A stretch of DNA of 63,642 bases, the filler included, from Perkinsus chesapeaki ATCC PRA-425 (taxonomy: Eukaryota > Protista > Perkinsozoa), in NCBI GenBank assembly GCA_013115145.1. It is 8 parts of 8 records of this genome, joined end to end, with 100 filler letters (N's around TTAATTAATTAA, not from the genome) between each part and the next. Parts side by side here need not be neighbours in the genome. Positions count along the whole stretch, not along the records: positions 31,003 to 48,362 come from JAAPAO010000683.1; 7 more parts are not named here. One strand, 5' to 3'. This document shows, one piece after another, positions 36,780 through 48,289 of the stretch. The notes under the pieces were generated by a model. That model saw only the letters and a list, made by a program, of their open reading frames with translations, had not been told where the DNA came from and did no database searches. Position 1 is the first letter of the stretch. Each line of letters opens with the position of its first letter. The translations under genes and the position numbers were made by a program.

Positions 36780-39362
36780 GAGTCACTTAGCTAAAACATT
36801 CAATACCTTCAACATCACACAGCTAATAGAAAGCTGCGGAACTACAAAGGACGGTGAAGAAATAACCACTCCGACTGGCAGTCGGCGAATGTGTCCACCT
36901 TGAACAAAATGACGAAGGTGCAGTCGGCTATCACCATGGACATAAGAGAGTTCCATCCTTCTCGAGATCTTCAACTGCAGGGATCATCAATTGGAGCTAG
37001 AACAGGTAGCATTCCCTTAAGAGCATGCAATAGAACGGGACAAGTGATGATAGACCGTGATTCTGATCTGAAGAAGATTACCAGCTTTACAGATTTTGCG
37101 TGTTGTTTTCTGAGGTATGCTCAAACTATGTCGGTGTTCCATCCTATGTCTGACAAGAGCTCTAATGTCTCCGACACTGGATATGTTCCAGGAGTGAGTT
37201 TCTACGACTTACTCGCCTACTGGCGTAGACTCTACGATAGTGCAGTTCCTTTGACTGTGGTTGGGGTTCTTATGTACGACCGTCAGTACAGAGACCAGTT
37301 AGCGCTAAAAGTTAGTCAAAGAACAGTGGCTATGAGTGACGGCTTTCGAACGGATGTCAGTCCAAGTATCATGGCTGCGGCCTTAGCTCAGGCCAACCAC
37401 TTGGCGATTATGCGGGGAGTGTCTTCATCATCTTTGGTCTCGGACACGTCGAGGAGGCCGTCACCAGCCTTGTGCAGGATTTCCTCAAAGGTCGGTGCCA
37501 CTTCGGAAAGGACTGCAATTACTCCCATGACTTATCCTCGAGGCCCGCCCAGCGCAACACCAACCCTCCGTATTCAAGGCCTTCCGGTAACAACGGTGTC
37601 CAAGTTAACAACTCACATAGCCAGGCATCGGGTCAGCCTACCGGGAGCGTTGGGCAGAGAGGCGGTAAGAACTAGATATCGCTTAGCGTTTTTTTTATTT
37701 TTTTCTTCAACTCTATTCGTTCCTGTTCTAAGTAAATCCTTACGAAGGATAGTGAGTCATAGCATAGTAAGTTTTGAGTATAAGTGTAGGGCAGATTGCC
37801 CTGTCGTGGAAATATAGTGTCAGATCATACTTGTTTGAGGAGAGTTGCGTATATTAGTGAGTTTAATCTGTTTTAGGTGGTGAGGGTGCTAAATACCATG
37901 GCACCGTCAGCGATTACCAAGATGGTTCGGGCAAGCCGAAGATGTTTCCGTCATCGGACGTGGTTCGCGACGATCACCGTGATCTACATAGATTTCTTGA
38001 GTTAGTGGGGAGAGTAATCGATGATTACGAACTCCACATCGTCCTACAGAATAGCATCGGTGAAGACGGCCGTCTGCTGCCTGAGCGCGCGGAAGAAGTA
38101 GCGGGTCTTTTTGATAGAGCCACTGTAGAGTCACGACGATTGGTACAACAACAGTTTAACGTTGATCTTGGAACGGCGGCTGTCGGGGGGGCGTTGAGGC
38201 CTAGTTTGCTACAGTGGCTTAGCGACGTGGCTGGTGATTCAGACAACGACGTGGAGCTTTGTGGTGAGCTCAACAACGGGATCATCCCGTTCGATGATGG
38301 CTAGATTCATCCCTTGCGGCAAGGGAAATGGCGTCATTTATACGCAATGATCATGCTGCGGCAACACAGAGCAAGTACGGTTCCGTTGCTGACTTCTACC
38401 GTGAGGTGGTTGGGATTGTAACCCGCCCTTTTCCTGCAACGGGTTTGTCAATTACGTTATTTATAGTATAAATTTTATACGGAGTTTAAAGCCGCGCGGG
38501 CTATAAGTATTCTACAGTCAATAGTTATGTTAGTGCAGTAAAGACTACGAACCTGTCATATGGTCATAAGCTATCGGTTTTTGATGAGTATCAGATTGCA
38601 AAGGCGCGCAAATCAGCGGCAAAAATATGCGATTTATCACTGGAGCAAAAGGAGCCTTTAACGCGAGGCCAAGTCGTCGCGCTTGGCGATTTAGACGCCC
38701 ACTATAATAACTCATATGTAACCGCGTGTTTGGTGGGTATATATGCGTTTTTAAGGCCAAAGGAGATCATAAACTTGAATGGTGCGGACTTGTCGTTTCC
38801 GATTGTGTATAGCCGATCAGTCGCAAAATTAGTAATTAGATTTTCGAAGACCAATCAGTGCGGGAAAATGGAGTTTGTGTATGTGGGCTGTGTGTCGGGT
38901 AGGCCGCACGATCAGACCTGCGTTCATCATTGCGCGTTTCATCGCCTGTTGAAGTTGTCCGTACGACAAGCAGATTTACCGCTTTTCATGATCTGTGGGG
39001 AACGCTTGAATTACGATAAGTTCTCATCCGAATTCCGCTGCGTCCTGCGACGCATTGGGGTCCTAACCTTAAGTCTTGAGGATTACGGGCTTCATTCGTT
39101 GCGTCGAACTGGAGTCCAGTTGGGTTATGGCCAAAATGTGGATGAGCATGTGCTGAGAGAACAGGGGCGTTGGTCTTCTAATGCTATACACGAATACCTC
39201 CGGGGGGCCTCTGCGCCCAAACGAGTTCGTTTAGCTGAAGTGATGATGAGAGATGGCGAAGAGCTCGAGTGTGTTTCACATGAAGGTGTGTATCCCGTCC
39301 CGGAGGGTAGATATGCGATCTGTATCGATATTTATAGTGTGCATCTATCTCGTACACAATAG
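36780..39362 (+). mobile_element. Internally deleted DIRS/Ngaro-type YR retrotransposon (gag - truncated pol - YR)
   Basis: Gag (36891-37675) is homologous to the 44609 gag (DLLAYWRRL vs DLIIYWRRL) and has a frameshifted CCCH finger. The pol N-terminus (37877-38304) is homologous to 46276. RT and RNase H are absent. YR follows on the same strand. Confidence 0.8.
38560..39362 (+). CDS. Tyrosine recombinase of YR retroelement (5' end degraded)
   Basis: Catalytic R (FLRPKE), K (SKTNQ), HxxR (HSLRRTG) and GRWSSNAIHEY (W, Y). Confidence 0.85.
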
Positions 39363-39529
39363 ATACTATATATTTATTTCCCGATCTAAGGCTCAACTTG
39401 GCCTTGCATGTGAGATTGATACGAATTAGTGACCGGTAAAGGCAAGGTACGATACCTGCTGAGGGTTTTGTGTTTTGAGTTGATGTAGAGTGGAACACGG
39501 TCTCCCCGGGAATTCTGGTATCGAGAGTG

Positions 39530-40080
39530 GGTGAAGCGTCTCTCCGGTGGATAGCTGCCAAGTCGCTAGTGTCGATATATATATCGGCACCCTGAACCCT
39601 CTGCAGCAGAGGCTCTGCTAGTGGCAGCGGCACCACCGCGTTGAGCGCTATGACCTCGAAATTTGATTGCCCACCCGGTTTGCGGGCTTCGGGTCTCAAC
39701 TTCGCGTTTCGATACCACACCACTCGGGAGGAAGGAATGAAAGTAATACAGGTTAACGAAGTTGAACCCTTTCACTTGAGGACGTCTCCCGATTGAGTTT
39801 GGCACGCTCGTTTATGAGTATGTAGCGTTTGGATTTTTATGGGCGAGCGAAGTATGTTTCGATGACTGTGAGCAAAAGTAAGGTTATTTTCGAGTTTTTT
39901 TTTTTTTTATTTTCTTTTCCCGTCCCGCCCTTGCTGGTGAAGCGTCTCTCCGGTGGATAGCTGCCAAGTCGCTAGTGTCGATATATATATATATATATAT
40001 ATATATCGGCACCCTGAGCCCTCAATTTCGGGTTTCGATACCACACCACTCGGGAGGAAGGAAGGAAGGAACGAAAGTAA
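39530..40080. repeat. Pair of direct repeats (39530-39746 and 39936-40080) downstream of YR
   Basis: GGTGAAGCGTCTCTCCGGTGGATAGCTGCCAAGTCGCTAGTGTCGA(TA)nTCGGCACCCTGA..TTTCGATACCACACCACTCGGGAGGAAGGAA occurs twice. The second copy has a longer (TA)n and an internal deletion. Confidence 0.9.
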
Positions 40081-40775
40081 ACGCTCGCCATGAACTACTT
40101 GGAAGCCGTTGGGAGGCTTCCGGAAACACTCGCGTAAGATCGATTTCTACCAAAAAAATAAGGAAAGCCTAGAGAACCTAAAGTTACCTGTTCATTGGTT
40201 ACATGAGCCCAGTCAAATTGTCCGCCATGTACTCCAATGTGTCCGGCAATCAACCATTTTGCTGAAGTCTTGTAGGTACTCATATTCACCACTTGATTAT
40301 CATTCACCAGAGGTAACCCTTGCAACCAAAAACTGTTGTATAGGTCCAATGCCAGAGAGTGCCTAAAAAGCGCAAAATCAAACAACGCATATTTCTCACC
40401 AAAGCGATATCATCTAGTTCATTTCCTAATCCACCCCAGCCTTGAGCTTCCGCAGGTTTAACCTTCACCCGATTGGTCCTATATCGCCGTGCTGGGTAAG
40501 ACTGACTTTTACCGCAATACTCGGTAGGAGTCCTACCGTAGGACTAAGACCCATAAAAGTCTCCGGACTCAATTGATCGGCAGCGTAACCATGAACAAAC
40601 ACTTTTATCAGTGAGAAAATAAACAGAGAATAACACCAAGGCCCTCACAGTATTATTGAAATGAGCTTTGCGATTCATAATATAATTCTTCTTCTGGTAA
40701 AAGCAACTCCGTGTGAAACTCATCCTGGGACTCCCAGGCTGAGAGCCCAACCCAATGTTCGTGCCCTGCTTCACC

Positions 40776-42120
40776 GGGATGTTAACGATTGGTACACGTA
40801 AATTAGGTACACTTAATGTTTGATCTCCATAAATCACGTTCATACTCAACTCGTTTGCTTGAAACACGTACACAGTCAGCTCGTTCGCTCCTATCCAGAT
40901 CATCGGCAGTTCGACCACCAAAAGTACGTTCACTATTATCTCGTATCCATAAGCTCGGTACACTTGCATTCAGTACACTAAAAGTTCGTACACTTTCATT
41001 TCGTTCACCCCCATTTCATACACCAAAATCTCAATCCACACTTTTTTCATACACGCATATCTCGTACACTTTCATTTCGTACACTCGAAAAATTTTAAAA
41101 GGCAGTTGATGCGGCCGCATCAACTGCCTTTTAAAATTTTTCGGCGCTTAACTCCCAGCATGGTTACCCCGCGCTTTCAGCTTCTCACACTCCCATGAAC
41201 TGAAAATACCCCGGGTTAAATATCCCGCTCCTGGGCGCGTGGGTCTGGTGGGCTGGTAGGCTGTGGGTCGAGCCTAGCCCTCGAAGCATCGAGTCGGTCC
41301 AACAAACGTACCCCATAGGGGGCCGCGTAGATTACGTTCCGGCGGCGCGGCGCGACAAATTGTCGCTGACAAATTCGGTCGACTTGGCGCACCGTCGGCG
41401 GACCAACCGATGCTTGCTCCCGGGAGCGGAGGGATGGGATAAAATATATCGCAAGCGGCGGCAGTTTTCGGGAAATGACTGACCACGATACCGGTTGCCG
41501 AGAGCCGTTTCGCGAAACCGCACGCTGACGATGAGCTGCGCACCACGGATGATACGATATTGTGTCGCGGAAGCGCGCTGTGTGCCGCGCCCATTCGCAT
41601 CGGCATTTAACATGCGTTAACATGTTAACACTCATTAGATTCGAACCTAAAACCATGCCCATGTCAGATAGCCCTCATACCACTAGAGCAATCCTACGTG
41701 GAGTCACCGACTCCTCGGAGAGAGGTCCATGAGCGCGCGGCGTCACGCCGCCCTGCGCGCGCGTACGGAACGCCACGTTAACTGGATACCCGCCGGATTT
41801 TACAACGAGACACTATCGTGTATCGATATATAAAATCCCTGCTAAGTATCCGTCGTCAACACAGTAGAACATTGGGCGAGCTGCGAGGACGAACGGCTGC
41901 TTAGGAGAGACTACAGGGTGTCTCTACGGCTTCCCAAATCTTAGTGTACGACACTCATATGAACGGAATTTTTGTGTACTACTTGGCCCCGAACCTATTT
42001 TTGGCATTTTGTCGACAGAGATTTGAGTGTACGGGAATTCGGTGTACCAGTCAAAAGTCAAAAATTCCGTGTACGAGTTTCATGTGTACGTAATTTATGT
42101 GTACCAATCGTTGTACACGC
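40776..42120. mobile_element. Non-autonomous DNA transposon, GTACAC-repeat family, copy A
   Basis: Left arm 40776-41087 is nearly identical to 58897-59208. Right arm (about 41943-42120) matches about 59867-60052. Terminal inverted sequence AACGATTGGTACAC / GTGTACCAATCGTT. No matching TSD found. Confidence 0.8.
41086..41143. repeat. Perfect 58-bp palindrome centred on GCGGCCGC
   Basis: CGAAAAATTTTAAAAGGCAGTTGATGCGG|CCGCATCAACTGCCTTTTAAAATTTTTCG. Confidence 0.95.
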
Positions 42121-42199
42121 AAATAGAAAGACTCGAACCATTAGCAACATTGGCGCGTCCTTAAATAGAAGGGTCCTTGAAGCATAGACGCTTATTGGT

Positions 42200-44082
42200 G
42201 ATCTTGCGGAGAGTCCCAATGGCAATTAGAGAGACGTCAGCACCAGTGTCGTAGAGGACAGGGCGCACAACACCGCAAACAGATAGATCATCAACGACCA
42301 TAGAGATCTTAGAGGATCTAGACGACGTGCTAGAAGAATGAACACCATTATCAGTATGGAATGCATTAGACTTGGAGTTGAGGTCGGCAGTACTAAGGGG
42401 AGAGACCCATATAGTAGAGTTAGGGTCTGAAGATTGTTGAACTCGTCGACCACTTGAGCATTAGTAGAACGTGTCGATGGACCAGGCCGGGTGGTAGACA
42501 ATTTACCAGGCCGGTATCGATTACCTGCCTTGAACTTCTGCTTATTAGACTTAGCAGTCCTGCCCTTTGATTCCTGGTTTTCGGGTCGGGGTCCACAGGT
42601 TTAGAAGCCGGGCATACATAAGCTAGATACCCAGACTTTAGACGTCTTTGACAGTTCAAGGACTTAGTGGGGACCTCGCACAGATCAGTAGAGTGGTTGC
42701 GGTTACCACAATTAGAACATCTAGTCGCTATATCACTAATCTGACCAGCACATAGACGCGCAGGATGGCCAGATTGTAAACAGCGATAACAAGCGATAGA
42801 CATAGAGTCAGCACCGACCGCGAACGGATAGGGATCAGTAGACTCGCTATCAGTAGCTTCTAAAGTATGAAGTCGAGCAGTAGAAGAACCATTAGACTTG
42901 TTCTTAGCGGACAGACGAGAAGTGACTATCTCATCATAGAGCTTTTGTCGTTATTCACGCCCAAGTCGACGACGCTCGAAGTTCGACAAGGTAGAAACGA
43001 GCTTATCATAAGACACTCTAGAGTCGCTGAGCTCCTTGTCAACCTTCTCACGTAGATATTCGGAGTTGAGACCATCGTAGAGGCGACGCTTGAGAATGTA
43101 CTCATAGGTGCAGATACCCATAAAGTGGAGCTCGGCAACAATAGTCCATTGTCAATAGACTCTAATCTCTCAATATAGTTAGAAAGAGACTCGGAGCTAC
43201 CTTGACGACAGGTAACAACTTGTTACCTGTCGTTACTGGGGTTACTATCGAAAGTGGGGCTTTGTTGATTGAAATATGCCTTGTGTTTTATTAATTTGCC
43301 CTTGTGTTGGACGAATTCAGCCTTTCGTTTTTTATTTCTGACTTTTGTTTTACGATTTTCAATCTTCATTCTAGGAGTAGCTACGAACTCTGAATTTCAT
43401 TCGTCTAATAATGACTTTCGTTCAGTGATTTGAAACTTTTGTTTGACGAAAAGCTGGTTTTGTTCATTCAACTTTCCCTTTTGTTTGACGAATTTGAGAT
43501 TGAAAAGGTGTAGATGAGTTGGAGTGCTCCGAAGTACGTACAATAGGGGCTTTAGGACGATGACTATCGTGTCTAGAAGTAGAAGAACTACTAGAAGACG
43601 ATGCAGTGAACATGTGATCTAGAACCAGCACGGATCTTGTGATGGTAAGAGCCGCGATCTTGAGAGTGCGAACCACTAGAAACGACATGCTGAGCAGAGT
43701 GCTGTAGTGAACGAGAACCACTAGAATGCACTTTAGAATTCTCTACACGAGATGAAGACAAATTCAGAGGCAGAGGCAAACAACTAGAAGGCATAGCAAT
43801 CGAATAGGGCACTAGAGAAAGTTGACCTTCAGGCCCTGGTACCATTTTCCAATTAAAATTGGTGGCACCTTCTGGTAGTTGAGGAACACTACCAGATAGA
43901 GAAATAGCATGCTGTAGTAGACCTCCTTGAGTCGTAGCAACCTTACAAGAAGATTCGAAGTTGCTGTAACCAGTAGCTGCAGCAGCTAGAGTTTCCTTAG
44001 AAACGGTCTTGTTCTGAATGTCAAGAGCCTTGCGCTTAGCGGCGGCCTTAGAGGTCGGAGTCCTGACAATGGTACCGGCCAT
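42200..44082 (-). pseudogene. Degraded LTR-retrotransposon gag-protease
   Basis: CCHC knuckles CYRCLQSGHPARLC and CSNCGNRNHSTDLC. Retropepsin motif PVLYDTGADVSLI near 42225-42262. Broken frames. Confidence 0.7.
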
Positions 44083-44097
44083 ATAGACAGTGCCAAC

Positions 44098-44335
44098 GGG
44101 TGTATCATGTCTCGTACACCGAAAACTCGTACACTTTCACTTCGTTCACCAACCGTACACTGAATACTCGTACACCCCTCGGATCCGTACATCGTTAATT
44201 CGTACACCTTCAATTCGTACACATAAAACTCGTACACCCAATACCCGTACACAAAAAAATCGTACACATAAAACCCGTACACAAAAAACCCGTACATCGA
44301 ATACCCGTACACTATCAAGTCTTACACATTCTCGA
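44098..44335. mobile_element. Isolated terminal arm of a GTACAC-repeat transposon relative
   Basis: Begins GGGTGTAT (reverse complement of the ATACACCC terminus), followed by many CGTACAC units. Confidence 0.65.
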
Positions 44336-44608
44336 GGTCAATTTATTGGGCAGATTAATTCGCGCCCTGAGGCACAGGCGTGCGTGCAGAATATAACACA
44401 ATCGCGCGCGCGTGCAAACATCATGCGTACATTGAACCACTCAGGATCTAAACTGAGACGCGAGGGTCCTTTCTAGTAAACCAAGCCCGAGCCCAGCGGC
44501 CGGCCTGTGCTAGTAGCGACAAGAGACTTGTATAAGCGCTAGTAGCGCGGTCTCCAAACCCCCCCTTTTTTTTACAGTTATTGACCATCAGTCAACTACT
44601 CCACCCCT

Positions 44609-46009
44609 ATGGCCAACCCTAATAACGGTATTAATGGCAATGGAGGCGGAAACGGCATCCCCAACAACAACAACAACAATGGCGACAACAATAACAACAA
44701 CAACAATAATGACAACAACAACAACAACAACGCTAATGGCAACAATGGTAACAACAATGCTAACAACCATGGTAACAACAATGATAACATCAACGGTAAC
44801 AACAACGGTAACATCTACGGTAACAACAACGGCAACAACAACGCTAACCATGGCAATAACGCCATTGGTAACAACAACGGTAACGCCCTTGCCCTAGGTG
44901 CCGAGGCTCGCCCCAAACCTATCAATGACGACCTACTTCGGCTTACGAATGGACTAGACAAGGTCCCAGTCAAACGCGTCCTCGATCTCTGCTCCCAGCT
45001 TGGTATAACCACAGCCGAAATCCTAGCAACGACCGCCAAGCAAGAGGCTGTCTGTGGCGCTATAACTAGGTCGTTGGCCGTCAATGAGCAGATTATCTGG
45101 GGCGTGCTATGCGAAAGGGCAACCGCAGTCCGAAATAGCCCGGTCAAAGTCGATATGGTGGAACTGTCCGGCCTCCTCGCCAACATGACGCGCAAGTATG
45201 GCAGCCCCCCTGATGCGTCCCTAATAACGTCGAGGGCGAGCATCCTAACTAAGATGAAGAAGATAGACGAGGCTCTGACCATGGACATCATGGAGCTGCA
45301 CCCAAACCGAGAGTCCAAGTCGGCGAACCGCAGCACCATCAACATCTCCGAAAACAATCAGCTAGTGACCGAAGAGGAAACTCCGAAGGGTAAGGCTCGG
45401 GATTTCTCGGAGTTTTCGATTTGCTTTATGCGCTGGGCAGTGATGCTGTGTACCATTCACCCTATGTCTTCCAACGCCGACACGTGCCAAACCAGCGGAG
45501 CCAGCCTCATCGACCTCATCATTTATTGGCGCAGGCTTGCTGATCTATTGGCCCCGCTGACCATGGATCACCTGGTTCAGTACGACAGCGACTACCGAAG
45601 GCGGGTCGCCATTATGATAGCTGGTGAATCCACTACGCTCTCCGAGGCTCTGAGACAAGACGTGGCCCCTACGGTGTTATCAAGCGCTCTGGCGACAGCG
45701 GCAATGGCAGCGGCGGCGGCTACTAAGAAGAATAACGACTCCAAGCCCACCAAGACTCAGAAGGCGCCAAAGTCGAACGATGCATGCTACCACTTCCTTC
45801 GCGGCTCATGCCGCCGCGGCAACTCCTGTCGCTTTGTCCACGACACCCAGGAGCAAAAGCGCCGCAGGTCGACGCCAGCCTTTGGTCAGAGGTCGGAGCC
45901 GTATGATCGCCAGTCGCAACATGAACCTAAATCATCTTGGTCAAGCTATGCTTCTCCCAAAGACAGCCCTTCGAGCGCCGAAGCCAGTCGGAAGGCTAAA
46001 AGTGAGTAA
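44609..46009 (+). CDS. Gag of DIRS/Ngaro-type retroelement: Asn-rich N-terminus, CCCH finger
   Basis: 466-aa ORF with a poly-N/G tract and CYHFLRGSCRRGNSCRFVH, immediately upstream of RT/RNase H. Confidence 0.8.
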   Translation: MANPNNGINGNGGGNGIPNNNNNNGDNNNNNNNNDNNNNNNANGNNGNNNANNHGNNNDNINGNNNGNIYGNNNGNNNANHGNNAIGNNNGNALALGAEARPKPINDDLLRLTNGLDKVPVKRVLDLCSQLGITTAEILATTAKQEAVCGAITRSLAVNEQIIWGVLCERATAVRNSPVKVDMVELSGLLANMTRKYGSPPDASLITSRASILTKMKKIDEALTMDIMELHPNRESKSANRSTINISENNQLVTEEETPKGKARDFSEFSICFMRWAVMLCTIHPMSSNADTCQTSGASLIDLIIYWRRLADLLAPLTMDHLVQYDSDYRRRVAIMIAGESTTLSEALRQDVAPTVLSSALATAAMAAAAATKKNNDSKPTKTQKAPKSNDACYHFLRGSCRRGNSCRFVHDTQEQKRRRSTPAFGQRSEPYDRQSQHEPKSSWSSYASPKDSPSSAEASRKAKSE

Positions 46010-46135
46010 TTGGTTTCTATTGTCGCCGATAAGTTATCGGCTTCTACTAATCGTATTTCGTTGACTCGTCTTCGCGCTGCGTTCTGGGAGTGCCCAGAGT
46101 CTAATAAGACAACAGACTACACCACTCGCCCTCAG

Positions 46136-48285
46136 ATACAGGGCCGGGTAAGAGCCACTCGTGGCCGTGTGATGAGCTGCGCGAGCGCGAACCCGACGCC
46201 CCAGCGGGCTTCCAAGATGGTACGGGAATTTCCGCAGAGCTCCCCGCAGATGACGCCACACACCCGCCCAAGGCGGTGTCCGATCACGAAGCGAAAGCCT
46301 TCTACATCATCAACAGGATCACTCAGAAGTGGCGGCTTGCTGAAGAGCTAAGCACCAGTCTAAGTCCATCCGGAGCCATCCGGGCCGAGTGCATAGACCG
46401 GATTAATCTACTCTTCATCGATGCCTCAAACGACCTCCGCAGAGAGCTCACTGAGGCCTTCCCAGGGTACGGTGCGGAGACCGCTAGGGTCGGTGGTCCC
46501 TTATACCCCGGAATCATCCGTCTGCTGAGTACAATTTTTGACGAGGGCCGAGATCCTACACTGGCGGACGAATTAAACAGCGGTGTACACCTTGGGGCTC
46601 TGACTACGCTGTCCGTCTCTGGAGTCTTTCCACCGAAAGATACCCAGAAGCCCAGGGAGGAGTTCGCTCCGTGCAGAAGCCCCCACTATGAGAACTATGT
46701 CAGCGCGCGCGATGCCAAACAAGCGGTCGAAGAGGCAATACAAGCCGAAGTTAGAGCTGGTAAGATCAGAGAACTAGCCCCTCATCAACTCCGCACCCCC
46801 GGAAGGCTGTTTAGCAAGCTTGCGGCCATACCCAAGCGCCTGGATGCCTCAGGGAACCCAACTGCCTACAGATTGGTAGAGGACCTGAAACGAAGTGGAA
46901 CTAATCAGCTGATAGACCTACATGAGAGCGTACAGCTTCCTTCAGCGGGAGACCTCAAGCAGCTCGCCCAGAACCTAATTTTCGACGATACGGGTGCTCT
47001 CAAGGACTACGTCGGAGCAGTGACGGACTTCGAAGGGGCGTATCGCCACCTTTTCATCTGCCCTGAAGAGCGACACCTTTGCTCCCTGAAGCTGAACAAT
47101 AAATACTATGAGAACCTCGCGATGCCCTTCGGGGCCCCCAGCTCTTGCTGGAACTTCTGCAGGCTATCCAGCAAGTCACATCGCATACAGCATCGGCTTG
47201 GAGAAATATCGCGCATACTAACCGGACAAAGCGAGTCCTCGCGAGGGCTTATATACATTGATGATGCTATATGGCTGTTACCGGTGGCTGGATACTTTAC
47301 CTTACTGGTCAAACTCCTGGTAGTTCTACCACTCATCGGGCTCCAAATATCGTGGCGCAAATGTATCTACGGCTCCAAAAGTCTGCGCTTCATAGGATAC
47401 TCGATCGACATTGGCACTGGTGCACGGCAGGGACCACATATCAGCATCCCCCCCGGGAAGCTCGAGAAAATTAAGTCCGAGCTCGCCGCTCTCCAGGCCC
47501 AGGGGGCCACAGGAGCGTGGGTTAAAGACATAGAACGGCTATCTGGGCGGCTGAACTGGATCTCAATGGTGTGTCCTTTCACACGCTCCTTTATCTCACC
47601 CTTGTACGCAATTTGCCAAATGGCGTGTAAAAAGGGCCTACACAAGGTTCAATTCTCGAAGTCATCCGAGACGCACAAATGTCTCAGCTGGTGGGCAAGC
47701 ATTGTAGACGAAGCCATACTGCCAATGAACCCCTTTAGGCTAGCTCTACCCTTAGCCCCTACGGCCATACAGGACCGTGTCCGTATAGCAACTGATGCGT
47801 CCACCATAGGCATTGGTGGTTGGGCTTCATATCGGGGACGAGTCCTGTGGTTTAAGGTCGACTTAACCAACGTTGACAACCTGCACGGATGGAGACAGTT
47901 CTTGGTCAACAAGAGCTCCCCGCAGTCAGGTGATATGGTTCTGTTGGAGACGATGGCAGGCGTAATAGGTATCACGGCTGCTCTAGACGGCTTCGAAGAA
48001 GGTATTTCCGACCGCACATGCTTCTCCTTCTTTACCGACAACGCTGGCACGAAGCGGGCGCTGACCAAGTTTAGGTCTCCCACGCCCAGAATTAACGCTA
48101 TCCTTATGGCGACTGTAAGTCGACTTGCCAGAGTATGTTATCGATGGCATGCTGAGTATATACCATCGGCCGAAAACAAGGCGGCAGACATCATAAGCCG
48201 CGAGGCTAAACCCGCACCTTTCCTCCCAAAGCACTGGATTAGACTTAAATGTCATCTACCTCCCGCACTTCCGGCCTGTCTCTGA
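46136..48285 (+). CDS. Pol (RT + RNase H) of DIRS/Ngaro-type retroelement
   Basis: RLVEDLKRSG, DFEGAYRHL, AMPFGAPSS, YIDD, then RNase H ATDAS, LETMA, TDN, ADIISR. No integrase or protease. The frame is open from 46108. Confidence 0.9.
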
Positions 48286-48289
48286 TAGT

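Noticed and set aside
40544-44476. V/Y-rich and T/R-rich ORFs (40544, 40816, 43986, 44090; also 58937, 59641)
   Set aside because: They are translations of GTACAC subterminal repeats.
44588-45357. Antisense hydrophobic ORFs opposite gag
   Set aside because: Shadow frames of the AAC-rich gag tract.
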